Shown here: positions 20,101-26,668 of the stretch, in pieces
How positions within the stretch are numbered: the first letter of the stretch is position 1
Layout of the letters: every line of letters begins with the position of its first letter
NCBI GenBank assembly: GCA_964403325.1
Contig: CAYOFO010000002.1
Span: 1 to 52,014 of the forward strand
Source: an uncultured Gammaproteobacteria bacterium
GTDB taxonomy: Bacteria; Patescibacteriota; Patescibacteriia; Magasanikbacterales; GWA2-37-8
Direction of reading: 5' to 3'
Length of the DNA: 52,014 bases
The notes under the pieces: model-generated
Database searches by the model: none
What the model saw: only the letters and a program-made list of their open reading frames with translations
What the model was told of the DNA's origin: nothing
Position numbers and translations under genes: made by a program

Positions 20101-20238
20101 GCGAGAGTGATAGTAATTTTTGGGGTAGGAGCACTTTTAGTTGCTTGGATAGTACGGTTTCGCGGTGCTCTTGTTCAAGAGTGGTTTAAAAGAATCTTTA
20201 AAAGATCGGGAGAGATTATTGGTCGTGGTCGGGGTTAA
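17110..20238 (+). CDS. large surface protein: 4x lamin-tail domain, Thr/Ser/Pro linker, PKD-like module, OB-fold-like domain, C-terminal TM anchor
   Basis: Signal peptide, then four repeats of the LTD signature (IIINEIG...EWVEIWN; IKINEFV...EWVELFN; VILNEIFPNP...EYIEIKN; ISLAEVYPNP...EFIELFN). A T/S/P-rich tract spans about 17650-17870. A C-terminal hydrophobic helix is followed by basic residues. Confidence 0.75.
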   Translation: MPKRKFLFAIFVCFSCLLCLVQILQAAPSDIIINEIGGYPTSTHEWVEIWNRSSAAVDIKDWKFWENNTNHTLAAVGRSSATINAGEYGAICQDADRFLLDHPDFSGVVLDSAWISLSEQGEEIGLKDSAGNFVEKLVYIPWSKAALERKDPYLDDYTANNWQERQSGDTVGFVNSNVKIVVASTTPFPSVTSTLETVTPTTSYEIVLPTSTPILTTSTPSPTSTISISPIDPPSVLPAEVTSTVSIATTSPNWQQIKINEFVSYVDTGQEEWVELFNTATTSITLNGLVLCDGREGSCAIATPTGTMAAGSWQTVVLSGNHLNNDADTILLKDPLGTILDSVSYANKTAPAKGNSLARISDGVDTDKDTDWAITTTATPGENNRITTPVVAPPFSREINRSSEIVGAVIKTNPVAVNTGVILNEIFPNPAAVADTEYIEIKNTSTVAVDISGWKIQDEGASYVLDGSLLPGQYAVFYRAQTKIALNNTVAEKVQLFTKTGEVSSEVSYASAKKNQSYSYDGVQWHWTNTITPGQENIFVEPVPLVKVENQSILKIQNPTFTEVGEKITLSAVGSADRYGKVPQIEWYVDNKILKGAQAHYVFTQPGIYQARVILTLQTGEKQEKFFTIVVGEAALLKNKKISLAEVYPNPVGSDMDEFIELFNNTTTTLDISGWKLKNKHTFVFATGTVANAGERLVFYRSITKLALSNTNELVELVNSEGQTIDVLRYTKAPEGKSFNSMAVSKEWGEPSPGEDFIESVDENAQDETTSGSAASEKAKKVSAGKKNIPIAMTVEQAREQDKDTMVKIEGQVTVLPGIFGSQYFYIQSASSGLQIYQSAKKFPNLKIGDRVEVVGKISEASGVKRVSVKNKEGIVVLSLQGALAPQSILATEIGEERAGQLVTLSADITEVKTSMVYIDDGEAEGVVVFKKGAQINKKLLKEGEKVQVIGVVEHSGAGWQIWPRSQADMVVKNEIVKKDKEGVLVTGSVPTADSKAARVIVIFGVGALLVAWIVRFRGALVQEWFKRIFKRSGEIIGRGRG

Positions 20239-20297
20239 GGCTTGCTTTATGGTTTATTTTATGATATTTTATTTGGGTAAATAAACATATTCACCCA

Positions 20298-20385
20298 GGA
20301 AGGGTGGCCGAGTGGTTTAAGGCAACAGTCTTGAAAACTGTCGTGTCGCAAGGCACCGTGGGTTCGAATCCCACCTCTTCCGCCA
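20298..20385 (+). tRNA. tRNA-Ser (anticodon UGA), CCA encoded
   Basis: Cloverleaf read by hand: acceptor GGAAGGG/CTCTTCC, anticodon stem ACAGT/ACTGT with loop CU-UGA-AA, long variable arm, T-arm GTGGGTTCGAATCCCAC, then G-CCA. Confidence 0.93.
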
Positions 20386-20654
20386 GTATTAAAATAAGCG
20401 CATTCACAGCGCCTATTTTTTTAAATGGTAGGTAAAAATAAATTTATGAAATTTGTTTTTGGGATAAATCCGTCGCAAGAGATAAGAAAGAGAATTGTGG
20501 TGTTGCAAAAAATTTTAAACAATTTCAAATTACTTTTGAAACAGTAGAAAGTTTTGGATAAGTCGTTGTTTTTGGTATAAGTTTCTTATTTTATTCTTTG
20601 CTCGTTTCATCGTTGATTTTTAAAACTGAAGCAAACTAAATACATTTAATAAAT

Positions 20655-21847
20655 CTAATTTAATTGCAATTCTTTCATGAAAAATGTAAGTCTTGTTCTA
20701 GCTTCTTCTAAACTCATTCGATCGTTTAAGTTACAGGTAAGCAAGTTTGCGATATCAAAAATTTTTTTAAAAATATCCTCAAACTTTTCTTTTGGCAGTT
20801 GTTTTGGATTGCTAAGCTCTGTCCATTCACCCCTTCTATTTACCAGAGCATGTTTTAGTGCCGTGCCAATTTCATAATTCATCCGACTGGCAGCCATAGT
20901 ATTATCCACTTGATGCGGATCGTTATAAGAAGGCCGGTTAGGCATAAGTAAATTTCCTTTGTTTAAGACTACGTTCGCTCGCTCACCAATAATATAAATT
21001 CCATCAAGATCAAATAATAATGCCCGATAGGTACCCGAAGCGGTTTTTACTACGCCAATATTATCAAGACTTAAGTCTTGAATCATCAAACCGTTTTTCT
21101 GCAAAAATTCACATACTGCGATAACATCCATCATAACGGATAAAAGATCAGACAAAGACCAAGGAAGATCGAAGGTTAATCCATCCAGTTTTGTTTCTAT
21201 GGTTTCTAGGTCCGGGTAATGTTTTACGCATAGAGTATCCCTATCTGGAAAGTACTCAAAAATTTCAACAATATTGTCATGAGGCAAAATTTTACATAAA
21301 TGTTGCATGGCTCGTCGATGAATGCGTCGATTGTGTAAGTCGATAAATTTTTTTCCATCATCTCGATAAACAACAGTTGCACCAGAAAAGTTTTCGCCAT
21401 ATGCAACTACATTCTTGGTACGAGAATTTTCGTAACTTCCATTGAACCATTTTTTAGGATAAATAACCGTTTCATTTCTTCCGTAGTAAGTTCGCCGCTT
21501 AAACGGTGTTTTATTTCAGTGTCGAGCGCTTTTTGCAAATAAAAAATTGCCATATCGAAATGCCTTAGATCATGGCCATCCAAAGGCATGTTTTGGCTAT
21601 TCATGTGCTCTCGCAAACGATAGAGTAAATGTTCGGTTTCTAAGCCTTGAGCGATCACCATTTCATCAGTACTTCTGTCCAGTCGTAAAAATTCATCGGT
21701 AATAGCTTGGACGAACTCTTTAAAAACATCGGGAGAAATGGGGGATTCATCGGTCGTAAGACGATTATAAAAAGCTTCAAGATGCGGGTTGTCAATAATA
21801 TGGACCATAAGAATTTTCAGTATAACAAAGTCTAAAATTGGCGGCAA
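20655..21847 (-). pseudogene. eukaryotic-like Ser/Thr protein-kinase-like gene split by a frameshift
   Basis: The 146-aa ORF (21847-21407) and the 217-aa ORF (21308-20655) are in different frames. The downstream frame stays open back to 21515 and reads ...KNVVAYGENFSGATVVY...HDNIVEIFEYF (G-loop/N-lobe), continuous with MIQDLSLDN (catalytic loop) and LFDLDG (DFG-like), but it has no start codon. The frames overlap at 21410-21515, which contains an A6 run (21450-21455). Confidence 0.55.
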
Positions 21848-21905
21848 GGAGAAAAATATAGTATTCTTCTATCAATTCCTATGCTTATAGTTAACGATAA
21901 ATCCT

Positions 21906-22550
21906 ATGTCCCCATCCGAAATAAACGAACTCGCGCAAATTATTTGGGATTATCACCATCTTAACCACGGGCTTAAAAAAACCGAAGCCATTTTGGTTTT
22001 GGGTAGTCACGATGTGCGAGTGGCGGAGTACGCAAGCGATTTGTATTTGGCTGGCTACGCACCACTCCTTATTTTCTCCGGTGGATTTGGCCACCTTACC
22101 CAAGGCGTCTTTGCAAAACCTGAAGCTGAACTGTTTGCGGAAATCGCCGTTCGTAGAGGTGTGCCGCGCGCGAGCATTTTAAAGGAAAACCGTTCTACGA
22201 ATACGGGAGAAAATATTGTGATGGTTCGCACGCTTCTTCAGGAAAAAGGTTTAAACACTCAATCTTTTATTGTGGTACAAAAACCGTATATGGAACGGCG
22301 CAGCTATGCCACATTTAAAAAAGTATGGCCCGAGCCGGAAATAATAGTCACTTCGCCACCAATTTTATTCGCCGATTATCCAATCCCGGGTATAACACGC
22401 GAGCAAGTGATAAATATAATGGTAGGGGATTTGCAGCGCATAAAAATCTACCCAGACAAAGGTTTTCAAATTCCGCAGGCAATTCCGCAAAATGTTTGGA
22501 GTGCCTACGAAAAACTCGTGGCCGTGGGGTTTACGAACGAACTAGTTTAG
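21906..22550 (+). CDS. YdcF/DUF218-family protein
   Basis: ILVLGSHD...FSGG.G...EA......A...GVP...I..E..STNTGEN pattern typical of DUF218. Confidence 0.75.
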   Translation: MSPSEINELAQIIWDYHHLNHGLKKTEAILVLGSHDVRVAEYASDLYLAGYAPLLIFSGGFGHLTQGVFAKPEAELFAEIAVRRGVPRASILKENRSTNTGENIVMVRTLLQEKGLNTQSFIVVQKPYMERRSYATFKKVWPEPEIIVTSPPILFADYPIPGITREQVINIMVGDLQRIKIYPDKGFQIPQAIPQNVWSAYEKLVAVGFTNELV

Positions 22551-22598
22551 GTTTGTAATTTTTATGTTAAGGAGTAAAATAAAAATGTTTATTTTTCG

Positions 22599-23327
22599 AT
22601 GAGTCACCGTAGAGTTATGAGTAACAATTATTTTTTGAAACAAAAAGAAAGTGTCCAAGAGCTGGAAAACTCTTTTGCTAACGGGGTTGGTAGGTCAACA
22701 GTAGTTGAAATGCAAAAAAATTATGCCGATGATGATCAAATATGTCTAACCTCGGTAGTTTTTATCCCCCAAGACATTTCTCAAAAGATTGTGGTGAGTA
22801 TTATTGAAAAATTAAAACAAATTGATCCGGGTCATTATTTTTATTCACCAGAATCAATGCATTTAACCATTAAAAATGTAAGAACAATAAATAAGCCGCC
22901 TTTATTTTCTGAAATAGACATCAATAAAGTAAACCGGTTATTGTGCGAGATGGTTCCACAGTTCCCGGTGTTTGAATTGAGCGTTGAGGATGTTCTTTTG
23001 TTTCCCACGAGTTTATCAGTTATGGCTTACTCAAACGAAACTTTGCAAAAATTAGTTTTGGCTTTAGATAAGGGTTTGCAAGAAATTGGTGTACCGGACA
23101 ATAAAAAATATTTTTCAAATTCTATATTCTGGGGGAACATAACCATTTGCCGGTTCACGCAACCTCCATCACCTGATTTTATTGATGAGGTCAAAAGGAT
23201 GAGAAATGTAAAAATTGGAAAATTTAAAGTTAAAAAAGTAAACTTGGTTACTTCTAATGCAGTGTGTTTTCCAGCATCGAGAAATATAATTGGAGAATAC
23301 GAGTTAAGAAAAGATTTGGTACTCTAA
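22599..23327 (+). CDS. 2H-phosphoesterase (LigT-like) superfamily protein, second catalytic motif degenerate
   Basis: The first HxT motif is present (ESMHLTIKNV). The position expected for the second reads FWGNITICRF (Asn in place of His). The assignment is tentative. Confidence 0.4.
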   Translation: MSHRRVMSNNYFLKQKESVQELENSFANGVGRSTVVEMQKNYADDDQICLTSVVFIPQDISQKIVVSIIEKLKQIDPGHYFYSPESMHLTIKNVRTINKPPLFSEIDINKVNRLLCEMVPQFPVFELSVEDVLLFPTSLSVMAYSNETLQKLVLALDKGLQEIGVPDNKKYFSNSIFWGNITICRFTQPPSPDFIDEVKRMRNVKIGKFKVKKVNLVTSNAVCFPASRNIIGEYELRKDLVL

Positions 23328-23471
23328 AAAAAATCTGTAATATTCCTGTTTGGAAGATGAGCCTCTTCTTCTAAGGGCTTTATAGTTATAAAATAACCGT
23401 AGGGCCTTGAAATAATGACAAAAATGGGTATAATGCCCCTACCCAACAGTAGTATACAATAAAAAAATCAT

Positions 23472-23558
23472 GGAGAGGTGTCTGAGTGGTTGAAAGTACC
23501 GCTCTCGAAAAGCGGAGTCCCCGAAAGGGGACCGAGGGTTCGAATCCCTCCCTCTCCG
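23472..23558 (+). tRNA. tRNA-Ser (anticodon CGA), CCA not encoded
   Basis: Acceptor GGAGAGG/CCTCTCC, anticodon stem CCGCT/AGCGG with loop CU-CGA-AA, long variable arm GTCCCCgaaaGGGGAC, T-arm GAGGGTTCGAATCCCTC, discriminator G. Confidence 0.93.
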
Positions 23559-23586
23559 CAACATCGTGCTGGTATAAAATAGTTTA

Positions 23587-23616
23587 AAATAGGGCTTTTT
23601 TGCTCTATTTTTGTTT
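23587..23616 (+). terminator. rho-independent terminator after tRNA-Ser(CGA)
   Basis: AAATAGGGC-tttttt-GCTCTATTT (9 bp including one G-U) followed by TTGTTT. Confidence 0.6.
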
Positions 23617-23691
23617 ACAAAAACTCATATTTTTAGTAGTCTTGTAGGTAACAAGGCTTATTAAAAAAAATCACGATAAAATAAAGAAATT

Positions 23692-25731
23692 ATGAAAGAG
23701 AAGCAAATCGCGCAACTGGTAAAATCGGATGGCAAATATGATCTTACGATTTTTTCACCAGAAAGTATTGATAGAATCGAAAGCAGTATCTTTGAAAAGG
23801 GGGGTAAGTTTTTTTTAAAGTGTTTTAAAAGAAATAAAGATATTCAAGTAAAACCGGAAGAAATAGTTCGGCAGTTGATGCTGGATAAACTTATCAGCGA
23901 ATATGGTTATTCGGTTGATTTGCTGGATGTGGAATATACGGTGAATTTCGGTAGAGAGAAAAAATTTGCCGATATTGTCATTCTTAATAAGGCCGACAAA
24001 ACCAGTGTTTATTGCGTTTTAGAAATTAAAAAACACAACGCCAAAGACGGCAAAGACCAACTTAAAAGCTATACCAACGCAACGGGTGCTCCATTGGCCG
24101 TATGGACAAACGGTGTTGAGATTAATTACTACGAACGCCTCGACCCAAATTATTTTGAACCGCTTTCAAGCATTCCTAAAGCCACTGAAACGATTGATGA
24201 CGTAAAAAATGAGCGATTTACCTATCTGGAATTGATGCTCAAAGATAGGCTTACTGAAGAAAGAAAATCACTCAAAGATTTAATTCAAGAAATGGAAGAT
24301 GAGGTTTTGGCCGGTGCCGGCGTTGATGTGTTTGAAGAAGTTTTTAAACTGATTTTCACGAAATTGTACGATGAGATGGAAAGTGCCGATGATCGGGTGG
24401 AAATAGAAACACAATGCAAGCTCTTAAAAAAGAAAAATCCGGAATTAACCGACAAGCAAATTTTTGAACAAATAAATAACGATGATTTTAGAAAACTGGA
24501 GTTTCGAAGCCGTGGTGACGCTCACCATACCAAAGAAGTGATCAACGAGCTCTATAAAAAAGCCAAAACCAAATGGCAAGGTATTTTTGAACAAGGCGAA
24601 CCGCTGCGCATTACCGATGAAAACCATCTGCAAATTTGCGTTGGTTTTTTGCAAAATGTAAAGCTATTTAATTCCAATTTGCAGGTTATAGACGAGGCTT
24701 TTGAATACTTGGTCAACAAATCTGCCAAAGGGGAAAAGGGACAATATTTCACGCCCAGAAACGTGATTGACATGTGCGTGTACATGATGAATCCGCAGCC
24801 GCACGAATATATGATTGATACGGCGTGTGGCAGTTGTGGATTTACGGTGCACACCCTTTTTAACGTGTGGCAAAAATTGGTGAACCAGGGAAAAGCGCGA
24901 TTTGCCAATTTCTCAAACCAAAAACTGACCAGCGACCAAAAAGAATATGTTAACAAAGTTTTTGGTATAGATTTTGATGAAAAATCCGTTCGTGTGGCCC
25001 GCACGCTCAACATGATTGCGGGAGACGGAAAAACCAATGTATTGCATTTAAATACTTTGGATTACACCCGGTGGGAAGAAAAATTAAAAGATAGCTCATG
25101 GGCAAAAACATATTTAGACGGATATTACAGGCTGCTTGATTTGGCAAAAAATCGCCAAATTCCGAAAGAATTTAATTTTGATATCGTGATGGCTAACCCG
25201 CCGTTTGCGGGAGATATAAAAGATAGTCGACTCATTTCCAATTATGAGGTGGCCTTTGACGGTAAAGGCAAAAAAGCCAATAAAGTTTCGCGCGATGTGT
25301 TGTTTATCGAAAGAAATTTGGATTTCCTCAAACCGGGTGGAAGAATGGCGATTGTGCTTCCGCAAGGCAGGTTTAACAACACCAGCGATGAAAAGATTCG
25401 AAGTTTTGTAATGGAAAAAGCCAGGCTAGTGGCGGTGGTTGGGCTGGACGGCAATACTTTTAAACCGCACACGGGCACAAAAACTTCCGTTTTGTTTATC
25501 CAAAAATGGGACGATGTGATAAATCCGAAAGTTGATGATTACGAAATTTTTATGGCTGTTTCGGAATGTTCGGGCAAAGACAATTCTGGTCTGGAGATGT
25601 ATGAGAAAGATGAAACGGGGGAAAGAAAGCTCGATGAGCATAATCACCTAATCCAAAAACACGATCTCAAAGAAATTGCCGAGGCTTTTGAAAAATGGGC
25701 GAGAGGGCAGAAACTCAGTTTTTGGAAATAG
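23692..25731 (+). CDS. N6-adenine DNA methyltransferase with N-terminal HsdR_N/PD-(D/E)xK-like domain (Type IIB/IIG-like or Type I M subunit)
   Basis: Catalytic NPPF (MANPPFAG) and a SAM-binding region (IDTACGSCGF). The N-terminal ~170 aa contain FADIVI...(17 aa)...LEIKK, a D...ExK arrangement as in restriction-endonuclease folds. Confidence 0.88.
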   Translation: MKEKQIAQLVKSDGKYDLTIFSPESIDRIESSIFEKGGKFFLKCFKRNKDIQVKPEEIVRQLMLDKLISEYGYSVDLLDVEYTVNFGREKKFADIVILNKADKTSVYCVLEIKKHNAKDGKDQLKSYTNATGAPLAVWTNGVEINYYERLDPNYFEPLSSIPKATETIDDVKNERFTYLELMLKDRLTEERKSLKDLIQEMEDEVLAGAGVDVFEEVFKLIFTKLYDEMESADDRVEIETQCKLLKKKNPELTDKQIFEQINNDDFRKLEFRSRGDAHHTKEVINELYKKAKTKWQGIFEQGEPLRITDENHLQICVGFLQNVKLFNSNLQVIDEAFEYLVNKSAKGEKGQYFTPRNVIDMCVYMMNPQPHEYMIDTACGSCGFTVHTLFNVWQKLVNQGKARFANFSNQKLTSDQKEYVNKVFGIDFDEKSVRVARTLNMIAGDGKTNVLHLNTLDYTRWEEKLKDSSWAKTYLDGYYRLLDLAKNRQIPKEFNFDIVMANPPFAGDIKDSRLISNYEVAFDGKGKKANKVSRDVLFIERNLDFLKPGGRMAIVLPQGRFNNTSDEKIRSFVMEKARLVAVVGLDGNTFKPHTGTKTSVLFIQKWDDVINPKVDDYEIFMAVSECSGKDNSGLEMYEKDETGERKLDEHNHLIQKHDLKEIAEAFEKWARGQKLSFWK

Positions 25732-25734
25732 ATT

Positions 25735-26667
25735 ATGGTGCAGTATAAAAAATTATTCAATAAATCAGAAATTGAATACATTACACCATTTTTGAAATTA
25801 TGGATGTCTTTTAACAATTGGTATAAGCAAGATTTGTTGAGTGTTTTGGTGAAAGTTATTGATCAGGACGGAAATGTCAAAAAAAACATAGACGGCACTG
25901 ATAAAGAAAAAAAACTTACGACAGACGGTGAGGCAATAAACTTTTACAAAACTGGTGGATCAGTAAAAACAGAATTTTTAAGATTACTGCAAGGCAGATC
26001 AAACGCCGACGAAAAGTTTCAGGACGCCCTGGCTCGCTTTGTCAAAAATGTCGCGGACTGCAATTATGATGGTTTTGAGTATCCCAGCGATTTGTTTGCA
26101 AGAAATCCAAGCGAGAGAGCTATTCATAGTAAATCATTAGTATTTATCTCTGCCCATACTAAAGAGTTTTATTTCACGTCTGGAGATGAAAACAGATTGT
26201 TTGAAACCACACTGGAGTTGATTTATCAGATTAGGTGCAAGTTGGTGCATGGAGATTTTGATATTGAAGACGAAATTTTTTTAGATTTTGTTGAAAAATC
26301 GTATCGCATACTATACCCAATTATGGAAAAGATATTTGAAACTCAAGCTAACGGAGAGTTTTACTTAAAAAGTATAACGAATAATGTGGAAGCTCAGGGG
26401 GTGTTTAACGAGGGTAAAATGTATGTGCTAGCAGGATCTAAGGTTAGAAAAGAAACGGTGCCTTCATATAGCAATGCTAATGAAAGAAATGTTATTTTGA
26501 GCGAGAAAGCAATTGAAGAAAAAAATTGTTATATGATAAAGGAAAGAATAGAGTTTTCGAGCCCGAGTGCCGCATCCTCGTTTTGTTTGGGGAACAGCTC
26601 TAATGGTTGGGAAGACTGGAAGACGAGGTCGGGGAAAACAATGAATGATGTTTTGAGACAAAATTAA
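25735..26667 (+). CDS. HEPN-like (Rx4H) N-terminal domain fused to C-terminal DUF4357-like domain
   Basis: YQIRCKLVHG (R167-x4-H172, nt 26233-26250) sits in a predicted helical region. The C-terminal ~100 aa read ...MYVLAGSKV...ERIEFSSPSAASSFCLGNSSNGWEDWK, matching the DUF4357 signature as I remember it. The start lies 3 nt after the M stop, and the stop lies 1 nt before the S start. Confidence 0.6.
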   Translation: MVQYKKLFNKSEIEYITPFLKLWMSFNNWYKQDLLSVLVKVIDQDGNVKKNIDGTDKEKKLTTDGEAINFYKTGGSVKTEFLRLLQGRSNADEKFQDALARFVKNVADCNYDGFEYPSDLFARNPSERAIHSKSLVFISAHTKEFYFTSGDENRLFETTLELIYQIRCKLVHGDFDIEDEIFLDFVEKSYRILYPIMEKIFETQANGEFYLKSITNNVEAQGVFNEGKMYVLAGSKVRKETVPSYSNANERNVILSEKAIEEKNCYMIKERIEFSSPSAASSFCLGNSSNGWEDWKTRSGKTMNDVLRQN

Positions 26668-26668
26668 T

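Noticed and set aside
20446-20547. 33-codon ORF next to tRNA-Ser(UGA), resembling the N-terminus of LigT/2H proteins (MKFVFGINPSQEIRKRIVVLQKIL...).
   Set aside because: It is too short to assign. It stops before any HxT motif and no continuation is detectable in other frames. I mention it only as a possible gene remnant in the islet finding.
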